Below, one piece after another: positions 10,910 to 21,661 of a stretch of 64,000 nucleotides of DNA. This DNA is from Desulfomonilia bacterium (GTDB taxonomy: Bacteria > Desulfobacterota > Desulfomonilia > UBA1062): NCBI GenBank assembly GCA_050014195.1, contig JBEKDT010000010.1, positions 64,001-128,000 on the forward strand, read 5' to 3'. The notes under the pieces were generated by a model. It was not told the origin of the DNA, did not search any database, and was given only the letters and a program-made list of their open reading frames with translations. The stretch's first letter is position 1. The number at the start of each line of letters is the position of its first letter. A program made the translations under genes and the position numbers.

Positions 10910-13078
10910 TCAAGGCGGCGGCTTGTCGTCGAATATACCCGACGGGTCTCCTGATGTGTTAGGCAGATGATTTTTAATAGTGATTGTCACCTGGGCCATT
11001 GTAGTCTTTCCCTCATCATCAGTCACCGTGATGGCGTACGTTGTTGTCTTTAAGGGGCTCACTTGAATGGAGCCGTTCACATCCACTGGTCCTATGTCCT
11101 GGTCGATAATTGCTCGCTGAGCATTACGTGAGTTCCAGGCCAGAGTAGATGCTTCGCCTGCATTGATAACATCGGGTGTGGCGGAGATGGATACCACGGG
11201 CCTTGGGTGAACCTCTATTGTGACACTGGCGCTTGTTGTGCCTCCTTTCCCTTGAATGGTGATCGTGTATGTTGTGGTTTTTTCCGGATAGACCGTCATT
11301 GATCCATACATATCCACCTGGCCGATGCCGTTGTCCAACATTGCGGAATCAGCATTCTCCGATGCCCAGGTAATTGTTGATGAATCGCCTTCTAGGATAT
11401 TGTCTGGATCTGCGGTAATGTTCACATGCAGCGGCTGTTCCACCGTGACGGTAACCGTGTCAGTGGCTGTGCCCATAGGCCCTTTGGCTGTAATGGTGTA
11501 GGAGGTGGTTGCTGAAGGCATCACCATCAAGGAACCATCCGGCATTACTGAGCCGATATCATGGTCAATGGTCACACTATCAACATTGAAGGAGGACCAG
11601 GAAAGTGTTGAAGAATCACTTATACCAATGGTGCTCGCAGAAGCGGTTATATTCACTGTGGGTGGTTGGTGCACAATGACTGTGACGGAATCGGTTGTTT
11701 TCACACATCGGCCGGCCGCTGTTATGGTAAAATTCGTGGTGGTTTCGGGATATACCATGAGTGTGCCTGATGCACCTACCTGGCCTACTCCATGATCGAT
11801 ACTGGTACCCTGATCTGCCTTCTGCGATGTCCAAATAAGTGAGCACGGCTCACCAGGCAGTACAGCCGATGGATTTACAGAGAGCTGCACCTTGGGCATG
11901 AGACACTTATGAACTTTTACCATTGCGGTGTCCGAGGCGATGCCGCCCCTGCCATCGGAAACCGTAAGGGTAACCCTGTACTTCCCGGGTTCTTTGTATG
12001 CATGGATGGGGAAAACACCATCGTCATGGGTGCCGTCACCGAAATCCCATTCATAAAGCAGTTGGGGACCATTAGGGCTATAGGAGGCAGAACCGTTAAA
12101 GGAGATATCCTCTCCTTCCTCAATGGAATACGGCCCACCTGCCTGGGCAACAGGAAATGTTGTGGGGGTTGTAAGATTGTCCACTTCTATGATTAATCTC
12201 TGGGAAGTATAAGATCCGTTTCTATCCTGAACCTTTACGCTGACTTCAAAATCCCCGGTTGAAGCAGGCACCCATTCGATGAGACCCGTCTGCGAATCGA
12301 TTCCCATGCCTGCAGGAGGATTGTCCAGGGAATACAGCAAGTCATCCCCCTTGATACTTGTTGCCAGAACATTATAGGTATATGGCAAACCTACCACTGC
12401 ATGGGTTATGGGTATGGAATAGATGACAGGTGGATAGTCCCACCTGGGCAGCCAGGTATAGGGGTGTGCACTTTTTACCTGGGAATACAACCACTGCCCA
12501 TTTGATAATGCAGCAACGACATACAGGTATGTGGCGTCGGTCACTGCAGTATCAGTAAAGGAAAGATCGGCTTGAGGCAGCTCAACGATTTTTTTGAAGC
12601 CTGAAGGATTACTTATAAAAGAGCGGTAGATGACATACTTCTGTGCGCCCTCCACCTTAGGCCAAGTTATAAACACCTTAGCACGTTTTGAATTCAGAGA
12701 AAGGGAGAAAGCAGGCTCAACCGCGATGTAGCATGTAAACGGTCCGGAGCGATTCTGGCTATCATAGGTAAATAAAGACACAGCATGAATTCCTTCAGGA
12801 AGGACAACATCTAGATTGGGGCCCGAGGCCGTAGGGAACGGGCCATGCCACTCATAAGAGACAGGTTCACCTTCAATGCCCTCAAACAGAGAGCTGTCCA
12901 AGGTCATATCATAACCCATAGGGGAGTTCTTAGAAAAGATAATTCTATCCTCACTCTTAGGCGGGCTGGCAGCTGATATCGACCCGATGGAGATAAAGGT
13001 CGCACCAATGAGTATGAGGATATAGCAACAAAATATTATGGCTGCAAACCCGAAGCCCGCCAATATATACAAAGGCAA
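10910..13078 (-). CDS. Secreted/surface protein with FN3-like, putative Ig, PKD and repeated Ig-like domains
   Basis: N-terminal hydrophobic segment, YEWDFGDG PKD motif, four ~78-aa repeats (..STLSW.S.NA....ID..IG.V...GS..V.P..TTTY.IT). Confidence 0.75.
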   Translation of the reverse strand: MPLYILAGFGFAAIIFCCYILILIGATFISIGSISAASPPKSEDRIIFSKNSPMGYDMTLDSSLFEGIEGEPVSYEWHGPFPTASGPNLDVVLPEGIHAVSLFTYDSQNRSGPFTCYIAVEPAFSLSLNSKRAKVFITWPKVEGAQKYVIYRSFISNPSGFKKIVELPQADLSFTDTAVTDATYLYVVAALSNGQWLYSQVKSAHPYTWLPRWDYPPVIYSIPITHAVVGLPYTYNVLATSIKGDDLLYSLDNPPAGMGIDSQTGLIEWVPASTGDFEVSVKVQDRNGSYTSQRLIIEVDNLTTPTTFPVAQAGGPYSIEEGEDISFNGSASYSPNGPQLLYEWDFGDGTHDDGVFPIHAYKEPGKYRVTLTVSDGRGGIASDTAMVKVHKCLMPKVQLSVNPSAVLPGEPCSLIWTSQKADQGTSIDHGVGQVGASGTLMVYPETTTNFTITAAGRCVKTTDSVTVIVHQPPTVNITASASTIGISDSSTLSWSSFNVDSVTIDHDIGSVMPDGSLMVMPSATTSYTITAKGPMGTATDTVTVTVEQPLHVNITADPDNILEGDSSTITWASENADSAMLDNGIGQVDMYGSMTVYPEKTTTYTITIQGKGGTTSASVTIEVHPRPVVSISATPDVINAGEASTLAWNSRNAQRAIIDQDIGPVDVNGSIQVSPLKTTTYAITVTDDEGKTTMAQVTITIKNHLPNTSGDPSGIFDDKPPP

Positions 13079-13359
13079 ACGCGGGATGCCTTGTTTATCG
13101 AGAATAACCTCCTCCAGTTCGCTTCAATGAAGCAAGAGAAACAAGCTAGTTTTATGCAATGCAAAAATCATACGAATCTATGGCCATTACAATTTCAATG
13201 ACTTATTCAGCAAGTGAGCTGAGGATATTCCTTTTTAAGAGAAATATTTTCATAGTCTTGGGAAAATTGGTTCCCTTATGATTTATGAGAACGCAAAGAA
13301 TTACTTTTCAAATTATTAATAATGAGTTATTGCACAGGCCGTAACCTGGTTGTGAAGAT

Positions 13360-14169
13360 ATGAAAATAAATAAAGAAAATATCATATTCATTATAGTGGC
13401 CTTTGGCATACTTTTCTTGCTTCCGGATATTTCCAAGTCGGCTCTTGAAGCTGCCTCAGGTGCTATAGATAAGCATAAAATATTGAGGATTGTGGTTGAT
13501 CCCGGTCATGGAGGGAAGGATCCAGGGGCAATCGGGCCAAAGGGAGAGAAGGAGAAAGATATCACATTGGCAGTAAGCAAGGAACTTGCTATGCGACTGC
13601 ATGAAGAAGGCTTTGAAGTCTTCCTTACACGAAAAGGGGATACCTTTATCCCCCTTGAAGAGCGTACAGCCTTTGCAAACAAAATGAAAGCAGGACTTTT
13701 CATATCTGTACATGTGAATGCAAACGATAAAGCGTCGTTGCAAGGAGTAGAAACATATTTTCTCAACCTGACAACCGATCCTTCTGCCATTAAGGTGGCA
13801 GATAGAGAGAATGCTATAGCCTCTAAATCGATCAGCGATCTTCAGTTCATAATCAAAGACCTGACGCTTAATGCAAAGATAAACGAATCATCCAAGTTTG
13901 CCACATCCATTCAGAAATCTATTATATCCTCTCTGGGGAAGTCAGGTCATACCTATAAAGATCATGGCGTAAAACAGGCGCCTTTTTATGTCCTTATGGG
14001 TGCACAAATGCCGGCAATCCTCATAGAGACCGGGTTCATCACAAATGCCAAAGAATGCAATCTCCTGCAGAAAAAATCTTATCAGAACAGTATCGTTAAT
14101 GGCATCATCAGCGGCATTAATGTATATGTTACAAAGTCGAACTATGCCTATAACAGCAGAAACTCTTGA
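13360..14169 (+). CDS. N-acetylmuramoyl-L-alanine amidase (Amidase_3)
   Basis: VVDPGHGGKDPGA, FISVHVNA, PAILIETGF; signal peptide. Confidence 0.92.
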   Translation: MKINKENIIFIIVAFGILFLLPDISKSALEAASGAIDKHKILRIVVDPGHGGKDPGAIGPKGEKEKDITLAVSKELAMRLHEEGFEVFLTRKGDTFIPLEERTAFANKMKAGLFISVHVNANDKASLQGVETYFLNLTTDPSAIKVADRENAIASKSISDLQFIIKDLTLNAKINESSKFATSIQKSIISSLGKSGHTYKDHGVKQAPFYVLMGAQMPAILIETGFITNAKECNLLQKKSYQNSIVNGIISGINVYVTKSNYAYNSRNS

Positions 14170-14241
14170 GAGAGAAAGGCTTCAAGTAGAACATCAGCTT
14201 TAGTATAATAACTGATTGAAATCGTTGATTAGGATAAAACT

Positions 14242-15012
14242 ATGCATAAAATCAAATTACCTACATTCATTGCAGCCCTTATACTTATATGCTCACTCTC
14301 CCTTGTTTGGTGTAATGAGGTACCTGCAGCAGATCAGAAGGTCTTTGTGCTCTGCTATCATTCATTTCTCGGCAACAAGCGATTTGCTGGTGATGTTTCA
14401 ATCCAAGAACTCGGGGCTCAAGTAGATTTTTTCCAGAATAAAGGCTTTCATTTTGTCTCGTTTGCAGACGTTATAAATGATGCGGTAACAGGATCACGCA
14501 ATCTCCTCATTGTAATTGATGATGGGAATGAAAGCGTTTACCATGCTTATAATGAAATATTCAGACCCCGGCATATCAGACCTATACTTGCCATCTATCC
14601 AAGCATCATAGGTAAGAAAAGCTTTGCCCTTACTTGGGAGCAACTAAAGGAACTTTCACAAGGGGGCTGCGATATTGCAGCCCATGGCTACTATCATCTC
14701 CACCTGAATCAAAAGCTCTATGACCAAGATCGGTCAGCCTTTACCAAGGAGATCTATCTCTCTAAAGAGGTCCTGGAAAAAAAGTTGAATAGAAAGGTTT
14801 CGATCTTTGTCTATCCCAATGGGGTTCGTTCTGACATCACGAAGAAAACATTAATGGAGGCAGGTTATACTTGTGCCTTTACCATCCAATGGGGTACCCT
14901 GCTCTCTCCGATAAAGATGAACAAAGATCCTTATGAGCTTCCCCGCTATATGATCTATCAAAACAATTGGGGTATGATTTCGAACTCAATCATAAAGGCA
15001 TCTGCAAAATAG
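14242..15012 (+). CDS. Polysaccharide deacetylase family protein
   Basis: VLCYH, IDDG, AHGYYH, FVYPNG; signal peptide. Confidence 0.85.
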   Translation: MHKIKLPTFIAALILICSLSLVWCNEVPAADQKVFVLCYHSFLGNKRFAGDVSIQELGAQVDFFQNKGFHFVSFADVINDAVTGSRNLLIVIDDGNESVYHAYNEIFRPRHIRPILAIYPSIIGKKSFALTWEQLKELSQGGCDIAAHGYYHLHLNQKLYDQDRSAFTKEIYLSKEVLEKKLNRKVSIFVYPNGVRSDITKKTLMEAGYTCAFTIQWGTLLSPIKMNKDPYELPRYMIYQNNWGMISNSIIKASAK

Positions 15013-15043
15013 AAACAGCATCAATAATGTTTCCTAAGCAGGG

Positions 15044-15625
15044 TTAGGATGGGTCATCTCTCACGATCTTTTTCCCCAATTCCTTTGCTGTTTTCATCAA
15101 TGCCTTATTTAATTTAATCTCCCCTACCCCCATGGTACTTCCATAGACCATTCCTACAATTTTTGATCCTGTAAACCCATAGGCATCCTGAAAAGTTCGA
15201 AGGGCATTGACACATCCTGAGTCAAAAGGGTCTTCCCCGCCATAGCTCATAGCAATAGCAATGCGTCTTCCAGTAAACGGATCATTTCCATAGGCGGGTA
15301 GTGCAAAACAACGGTCCATCCAGATCTTGGTCTGGGCTGACATATTAAACCAGTAGACTGGGCTGGCAATAACCCATGCATGTGCACTGAGCATGGTCTT
15401 GTAGATTCTCTGCATGTCGTCTTTTATGGAACAGCCCTTGCTGTTTGGTTTCTGGCATGCATAGCAGGATTTACAGGGGGCGATGTCAAGACCATGGAGA
15501 TAAACGGTCTCCACAATCGCACCTGACGATCTGGCCCCCTTGGCAATCTGTTCCGCCAATAGCGCGCTATTTCCGTTTTTTCTTGGACTGCCCAGCAGTA
15601 CCAGCACCTTCTTTATGTTCTTCAT
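15044..15625 (-). CDS. Flavodoxin family / iron-sulfur flavoprotein
   Basis: GSPRKNGNS, CxxCxxC..C cluster, ASPVYW; start moved to ATG after GAGGAGG. Confidence 0.85.
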   Translation of the reverse strand: MKNIKKVLVLLGSPRKNGNSALLAEQIAKGARSSGAIVETVYLHGLDIAPCKSCYACQKPNSKGCSIKDDMQRIYKTMLSAHAWVIASPVYWFNMSAQTKIWMDRCFALPAYGNDPFTGRRIAIAMSYGGEDPFDSGCVNALRTFQDAYGFTGSKIVGMVYGSTMGVGEIKLNKALMKTAKELGKKIVRDDPS

Positions 15626-15694
15626 TATGTATTCATCCTCCTCAAGAATTATTAGGTGTAGAGTAGGTCGAGGGTTAAAGGGAATCACCCATTT

Positions 15695-16099
15695 TTATTT
15701 TTTCTTATCCTTCAACATATCCGCAAGCTTGGTAAAAGGATTGTGGGTCATAGTATCGGTCTGCTCGTCGTTCTGCTCTACGTTTTCACCTTCGTAATCA
15801 TATCTCCCATGCTCGTTATCATGACAATAGACACACAGGTTCTCCCAGTTACTCCCATCCGGAGGATTGTTGTTATGATTGTGGTCCTTGTGATGTACAG
15901 TAAGTAGGTGAAGATTCTTGATCGAAAAATGCCGACCACAACGCGCGCATACCCATGGGTGAATCTTTAAGGACTGCTCCCTGTAGCCCTTCATGCGCTC
16001 TGCATTGGCCTCGCGGGCTTTTGCCACAATCTGTTCCATCTCTTCTTTTGTTAATTTGGTGGCCCTTGTTTTGCGGGGCTTTGAACTCTTGAAATCCAT
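15695..16099 (-). CDS. yajD: YajD family HNH nuclease
   Basis: YREQSLKIHPWVCARCGR, LTVHHKDHNH..NPPDGSNWENLCVYCHDNEH. Confidence 0.85.
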   Translation of the reverse strand: MDFKSSKPRKTRATKLTKEEMEQIVAKAREANAERMKGYREQSLKIHPWVCARCGRHFSIKNLHLLTVHHKDHNHNNNPPDGSNWENLCVYCHDNEHGRYDYEGENVEQNDEQTDTMTHNPFTKLADMLKDKKK

Positions 16100-16155
16100 A
16101 ATCAACTTCCCCCGAAGGTATTTTCCGTAAAAACCAAGCAGACTCTCGCTCTATT

Positions 16156-16557
16156 TTATGTCTGGGTAGTTTTTACATAAACACCTATCTTCCGGTCTTC
16201 CTCAACCGTATGCCATGCAAACCATTTTTCCAAGAATCTGATTACATCCTCGATAGTTCCTTTGTCATTTAAATAGCTCTGCATCCGGTGCAAATACTCA
16301 TCCAAGAGTGCTGCATGGGCCTGTTGCTGGCGATCTATTTCCGGATATTTGATGAGAAACATGATGTTTTCTTCACTGATAAAATGGTATTGGGCATATT
16401 TCTCTATTTCTGAAAGCAGTCGGATTGCAATCGCCTTTTTATTGTTATAATCATGTATGATGTTGAGCCGGTTGATCAGTTTCACAAATGCCTTGTGCTG
16501 GAGATCGATTTCATCTATCCCAGTCAAATATTCATCTTTCCATTCGACTTGATGCAT
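16156..16557 (-). CDS. Bacteriohemerythrin
   Basis: W...Y.TGIDEIDLQH, HFISEE, H...ED motifs. Confidence 0.9.
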   Translation of the reverse strand: MHQVEWKDEYLTGIDEIDLQHKAFVKLINRLNIIHDYNNKKAIAIRLLSEIEKYAQYHFISEENIMFLIKYPEIDRQQQAHAALLDEYLHRMQSYLNDKGTIEDVIRFLEKWFAWHTVEEDRKIGVYVKTTQT

Positions 16558-16769
16558 CTAGCTACCTCCCAACATTCTATACCCGTGCTGCACCATTGCG
16601 CCCGTCTTGGCATGACGCCAAAGCAAGCTAACAAAAGTCTTATTCTGTACCAAGTCTTATAGCTGATTCTCTTTCGTGAGATAGCTCAAAAAAGCTTAAT
16701 GTTTTTTCTGGCCTCCCAAAAGCTGCTAATGTATCCAAGCTCTCCTCTTAGAATACCTCGGTTCACTTC

Positions 16770-17324
16770 TTATCGGGAATAATAAACAGTTATACTCGAT
16801 TTTGCTAATGTATGCTGATGGAGATTAAAACCTACCATGGCCCCTGATGCATTTGCATCAAGTGGTAATTTCTCTATATCCAATGCATATACAGTGAACT
16901 GATACCGATGCGGCTTATCCCCTACCGGAGGGCATGCACCGCCGTAACCGGGTGTGCCATAATCCGTTCTGCTCTGGACACTACCCGCAGGTGCTAATCC
17001 TGATGCAGGATCACCGGCATTCTTGGATAACGAAGTGATATTTGCCGGAATATTAAAGATTATCCAATGCCACCACCCGCTTCCGGTTGGTGCATCAGGA
17101 TCATAAACAGTAACTGCCAAACTTTTAGTATTCTTTGGAGCCCCTTCCCATTGTAAAGCAGGTGATATATTCTTTCCTGTGCAGCCGAAACTGGAGAAAA
17201 CTTGCTCCATGCCAAGCCTTTTGCCTTGGTTGAGTTCAGGGCTTTTGAGTTTAAGATCTCCTGCAAAAGCGGTTGTTACAAAGGCACTTAATAAGAACAC
17301 CGCGACTATCGTATTCCCCTTCAT
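16770..17324 (-). CDS. YbhB/YbcL (PEBP/RKIP-like) periplasmic protein
   Basis: YDPDAPTGSGWWHW, YGGACPP, HRYQFTVYAL; signal peptide. Confidence 0.92.
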   Translation of the reverse strand: MKGNTIVAVFLLSAFVTTAFAGDLKLKSPELNQGKRLGMEQVFSSFGCTGKNISPALQWEGAPKNTKSLAVTVYDPDAPTGSGWWHWIIFNIPANITSLSKNAGDPASGLAPAGSVQSRTDYGTPGYGGACPPVGDKPHRYQFTVYALDIEKLPLDANASGAMVGFNLHQHTLAKSSITVYYSR

Positions 17325-17707
17325 TATTTTTTCCTCCTTTTGAAAGTATTTGACGACACTATTTCTTACTCTCTCTTAGATTAAGCAAAGAGGGGTTCAA
17401 GTCAACTGTGAGTACAGGGAGAAAAGCTGTCTAAAGCACAGGGGCACCTGCCCTACCCGTTTTCAAGATCCTCACACCGATCCGTTCATATGACGGTTCT
17501 CCCCTTGACGCAATCCTTCCCTTCGTCGTACTTTGGGTGAGGCGAACAGAGGTATTCTTGCTGGTATGCCCTGCATATTCCTGGAGATACATACATGAGC
17601 ACATCTGAAGATATAAAGCGCTACCGCAAAAACTTTTTTAGTCAATTACATTCGGGGTCGGACGGATCGTCGAGGTCAATCTAAGCTGATGATGCAGAGG
17701 GGGGTAC

Positions 17708-18202
17708 TTAGGAATGTTCCATACTCCTTGCTTGCGTAAAGGTGCCTATCATTACTAAAACAACGAAGACGATAGTCCTGAAAGTTTGATCGAGCTCCAA
17801 CTGGCCGACAATCGCACCCGTCCCGACAAGACTGGAGAGCAGGATGATCGCCCAATTCATGAGTAAGCCGGAAAACACTGCCCCGATTACTCCACCGATA
17901 AAGAAAAGGAGGATGTCTTTTTCCATAAAACCCAAAGAATGAGATAAAAATAAAATAAGGTATGCCCCTGAATAGAACCCTGCAAGAACGAATGCTAAGC
18001 GTTCTATAAGGATAGAAAGTAATGCACCGAACAGGCCTGCTACAAAACCACACAGCAGTATAACCCATTGCGGCTGATTGGCAAGAAGCACATGGGTAAT
18101 CTCCACACCCACAAGAAATCCTGCAATTGCGATAAAAAGCCAAAAAAGCCTCCGCCCGTAGATAAGCACGATGAGACCTAACAGCACGATCAGTAGTTGC
18201 AT
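17708..18202 (-). CDS. Membrane protein (DUF4203-like)
   Basis: Multiple glycine-rich TM helices, YGRRLFWLF motif. Confidence 0.65.
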   Translation of the reverse strand: MQLLIVLLGLIVLIYGRRLFWLFIAIAGFLVGVEITHVLLANQPQWVILLCGFVAGLFGALLSILIERLAFVLAGFYSGAYLILFLSHSLGFMEKDILLFFIGGVIGAVFSGLLMNWAIILLSSLVGTGAIVGQLELDQTFRTIVFVVLVMIGTFTQARSMEHS

Positions 18203-18505
18203 GATGTATTCGTTAATACCAGAAGCCTGGTCCTTTGCTCAAGGCTGATATCAGAAATGCCCCGCGACCTCATAATGAACGTCTCGTGAATAAATGAGAA
18301 ACCAAGTTCCATACATGAGGTAAATTAATTCCCATGTTTCCTGTAAGATAGACATACAAAAAATCTAAAAGAATGAAATCCTGTCATAAAATATTTGGCA
18401 CTTTTTTTGCCTATAAAAAATAGACTGCAGAGGAGAAATGTATCTCCTTGCAGATATGTATTTCTCTATGAATTCAATTGCAGTCACTTTAAGTTGAGGT
18501 TCTTC

Positions 18506-21496
18506 ATGGGGATAATCAGGTCATGGAAGACCTTACGGTCTTCTATTATTATAATAAGTATAATGGTCTGTTATGCCTTCTTATTCTCTGGGACAGGATT
18601 TGCCCAGGAATGGGAATGGCAGAACCCCCTTCCTCAGGGTAATAGTCTGAATGCCACATGGAGTTGTTCGAACAATGATGTTTTTGCCGTTGGATATAAT
18701 GGCACGATCCTTCACTATGACGGCAACACCTGGAGCACCATGCTCAGTGGGACCACCAATAATCTATGGTGTATCTGGGGTACTGCAAATAATGATCTCT
18801 TTGCAGTTGGATACAGTGGTACGATACTGCACTATGACGGCCATACCTGGAATAGCATGGCCAGCGGAACCACAAATTACCTATGGGGAGTCTGGGGCGT
18901 TTCCACCAAAGATGTCTATGCTGTTGGATATAATGGAACCATCCTTCATTATGACGGCATCAAATGGACCAACATGAACAGCGGAACCACTAACACCCTA
19001 AGGGGAATTTGGGGCTGTTCGAGCAACGATATATATGCTGTTGGATATAACGGTACGATCCTTCACTATGATGGCTCTGTATGGACCAGCATGTCTACGG
19101 GAGTGAGCAGAGATCTTTTGAGTGTCTGCGGCAGCTCGAGAACCGATGTCTATGCTGTCGGATATGATGGTGCAATGCTTCACTACAATGGTTCCTCTTG
19201 GAGCATCATGATCACAGGGACCCATAAGGATCTTCTAAGCATCTGGTGCAGTTCGGCAGCCAGTGTATATGTCGTCGGTGATGCAGGTTCAATCCTGCAC
19301 TATGATGGCAGCACCTGGATCTTGATGAATAGCGATAAGACATCTAATCTTTATGGTGTCCAGGGCACTTCTGATCACAGTATATTTGCCGTAGGGGCTG
19401 GAGGAACAATCTTGCGCTATGATGGCAGCATATGGGCCTCGATGACAAACGGCAAGAAGAATAACCTGTTGGCCATTTTGGGTAACTCAAAAACCGACAT
19501 CCTTACAGCTGGTTCCGAGGGTACTGTCTTGCGATATGACGGCAGTGCATGGAACTCCATGAACACAGGGATTAGCAGCACGATGAATTGTGTCTGGAGA
19601 AGCCCGGGCAACAATGTCTTTGCTGTTGGTTATAATGGTACTATCATGAACTTTAACGGAAGCACATGGACAACTATGCCCAGCGGGACTACCAACACCC
19701 TTATGGGTATCTGGGGAACCTCTGACAATAATGCCTTTATCGTCGGATATAATGGTACGATTCTGCATTATGACGGCAGCACCTGGAGCCCGATTAGCAG
19801 TGGAACAACCTTAAATCTCAATAGTATCTGGGGTACCTCAAGCAATGATATATTTGCAGTAGGAGAACAAGGCACGATTCTCCACTATGACGGCACCAAG
19901 TGGACCAGTATGTCTAAAGGAACAGCTATTAACCTGATGGAAATATGGGGAAGCTCATCATCCGATGTCTTTATTGTGGGGGACACAGGCACGATCAAGC
20001 ACTATGATGGTAGAACCTGGAGCCTAATGAACAGTGGGACATCCTCTCTCCTTAATGGTGTATGGGGCACATCAGGCAGTGATGTGTTTGCTGTAGGTGA
20101 GCTGGGCACAGTACTTCACTATGACGGCACTGCATGGAGTACGATGAGTAAGGGGACGAGTAATGCCCTTATCAAAGTCTGGGGCAGCTCGCCAAAAGAT
20201 GTCTTTGCTGTCGGTGATGCGGGGACCATCCTGCACTATAATTCAGAGACGCCTTCATCCCCGTCTTCTTCACCTTCTATTTCGGATATGGCCATTTCCA
20301 AAAATATCACAGACACAGTTGTTCCACCGGCTGTGATTTTAGCTGATCAACCAAAAGAACTGAATTCCTCCCCACAGAAAAGTCTTAAGGATGGTACGAC
20401 CGGCAACTCCCTTAAACAGGATCGTATATTAAGTAATCCTGTAACCAACGTTGCATCCTTATCCGTTACCGACCAGGCAGTGAATCATTCGAAAAAAATT
20501 GTTGCCGACAACTCGGTTGCACTGCCATACCAGGATTATTCAGACTATGACCCGACAACTTCCAGCCAATCAGTGAGTGATGCGGAAAAAATATCTGCGA
20601 GCACCTCGGTCGAGCAATTACCTAAGGTTAGTGCGGTTAATGACAAGGCAGTTGTCAACAAAACAGGAATTGAGAAAGAAAACCATTCAGACGGCACACA
20701 GATCTCGCAACTATCCATAGCTGAAGTTGGCGATGAAAAAACCATTGATAGTCAACGAGGAAATGACCCCAAAACCATATCAGCGAAAACCCAAGACGCA
20801 CAGTCATCCACGACTGAAGCAGGCTTTGATCAGACGGCCATAAGCAAACAACCTGTACCTGTGACAGAAAAAATAGCAACCAACACAATGGTCTCGCAGT
20901 CACCTATGGCTGAAGTTGGTGATGATAAAACTGTCGCCCCTCAACGAAGAAATGACACCAAAACCATAGCCGACAATACCCAAGTCACACAGTCTTCCAC
21001 GACTGAAGCAGGTTACGATCAGACAGCCATAAACACACCTGTACCTGTGATAGAAAAAATAGCTGCCGACACAATGGTCTCGCAGCCAAACCAAGCCAAT
21101 GTAGTAGTAAATGATCTGAAAATTATTGATGCTGACATCATCCAGCGCAATATCGCTCTTTCCAGCAGCAATCATGATATTCTTTTCTCTACACCATCCA
21201 ATCATCAGATAGACAAAGCACCAATAGTGGCTCCCATACTCTCTGGTAGTAGTCCGAAAGTACATCATGTTTTTGAATACGCGATAAATCCTGGTCCTAC
21301 AGGTACTGGACAAAAGAAAAATACCGCGCCAAATCTTGGAAGTAATAAAATTGAAGGTAATGAAAATGCTGGAAGTAGTTCAATGGCTGATTACATTTCA
21401 TATAATCATTTTCTCCAAGATATATCCCTCATTGTTCTTGCAGGTATTGTGTTTATTGGAATTTTGGGTTTTTACAGAAGACGCGAGAGCAACTGA
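18506..21496 (+). CDS. Surface protein: 14 x 39-aa beta-propeller-type repeats, S/T/Q-rich stalk, C-terminal TM anchor
   Basis: Repeat L..IWG.S..DVFAVG..GTILHYDG..W..M.SGT counted 14 times; signal peptide; ends in hydrophobic helix + RRR. Confidence 0.8.
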   Translation: MGIIRSWKTLRSSIIIISIMVCYAFLFSGTGFAQEWEWQNPLPQGNSLNATWSCSNNDVFAVGYNGTILHYDGNTWSTMLSGTTNNLWCIWGTANNDLFAVGYSGTILHYDGHTWNSMASGTTNYLWGVWGVSTKDVYAVGYNGTILHYDGIKWTNMNSGTTNTLRGIWGCSSNDIYAVGYNGTILHYDGSVWTSMSTGVSRDLLSVCGSSRTDVYAVGYDGAMLHYNGSSWSIMITGTHKDLLSIWCSSAASVYVVGDAGSILHYDGSTWILMNSDKTSNLYGVQGTSDHSIFAVGAGGTILRYDGSIWASMTNGKKNNLLAILGNSKTDILTAGSEGTVLRYDGSAWNSMNTGISSTMNCVWRSPGNNVFAVGYNGTIMNFNGSTWTTMPSGTTNTLMGIWGTSDNNAFIVGYNGTILHYDGSTWSPISSGTTLNLNSIWGTSSNDIFAVGEQGTILHYDGTKWTSMSKGTAINLMEIWGSSSSDVFIVGDTGTIKHYDGRTWSLMNSGTSSLLNGVWGTSGSDVFAVGELGTVLHYDGTAWSTMSKGTSNALIKVWGSSPKDVFAVGDAGTILHYNSETPSSPSSSPSISDMAISKNITDTVVPPAVILADQPKELNSSPQKSLKDGTTGNSLKQDRILSNPVTNVASLSVTDQAVNHSKKIVADNSVALPYQDYSDYDPTTSSQSVSDAEKISASTSVEQLPKVSAVNDKAVVNKTGIEKENHSDGTQISQLSIAEVGDEKTIDSQRGNDPKTISAKTQDAQSSTTEAGFDQTAISKQPVPVTEKIATNTMVSQSPMAEVGDDKTVAPQRRNDTKTIADNTQVTQSSTTEAGYDQTAINTPVPVIEKIAADTMVSQPNQANVVVNDLKIIDADIIQRNIALSSSNHDILFSTPSNHQIDKAPIVAPILSGSSPKVHHVFEYAINPGPTGTGQKKNTAPNLGSNKIEGNENAGSSSMADYISYNHFLQDISLIVLAGIVFIGILGFYRRRESN
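20704..21085 (+). repeat. Internal tandem duplication of ~63 codons in the stalk
   Basis: SQLSIAEVGDEKT...TMV followed by SQSPMAEVGDDKT...TMVSQ. Confidence 0.85.
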
Positions 21497-21542
21497 TTTC
21501 CTGAAAACTCAGTACAAATAACCTCATCCTGAATAGTTATCA

Positions 21543-21641
21543 AGTAACAATCATATTTATTATGTTACTCTTAAAACAACCTTGGTTTAATAAGTATTTT
21601 TCCCTTTACAAAATAGTAACAATATGATAAATAATGTTACT
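21543..21641. promoter_or_regulatory. Two palindromic operators AGTAACA-N13-TGTTACT
   Basis: Identical arms and spacer length at 21543-21569 and 21615-21641, directly upstream of HTH gene. Confidence 0.7.
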
Positions 21642-21661
21642 TAGTATAATGCCAAAAAATA

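Noticed and set aside
15695-16099. HNH nuclease as mobile or defence gene
   Set aside because: Typical stand-alone YajD family protein with no associated system
17440-17505. Group II intron domain V-like remnant on minus strand (GAACCGT..ACGGATCGGTGTGAGG)
   Set aside because: Stem too short and lacks the canonical bulge and loop; could be chance
18641-20240. 117-bp periodic DNA as CRISPR array or DGR target
   Set aside because: In-frame protein repeats with synonymous divergence; no invariant repeat and no adenine-specific variation
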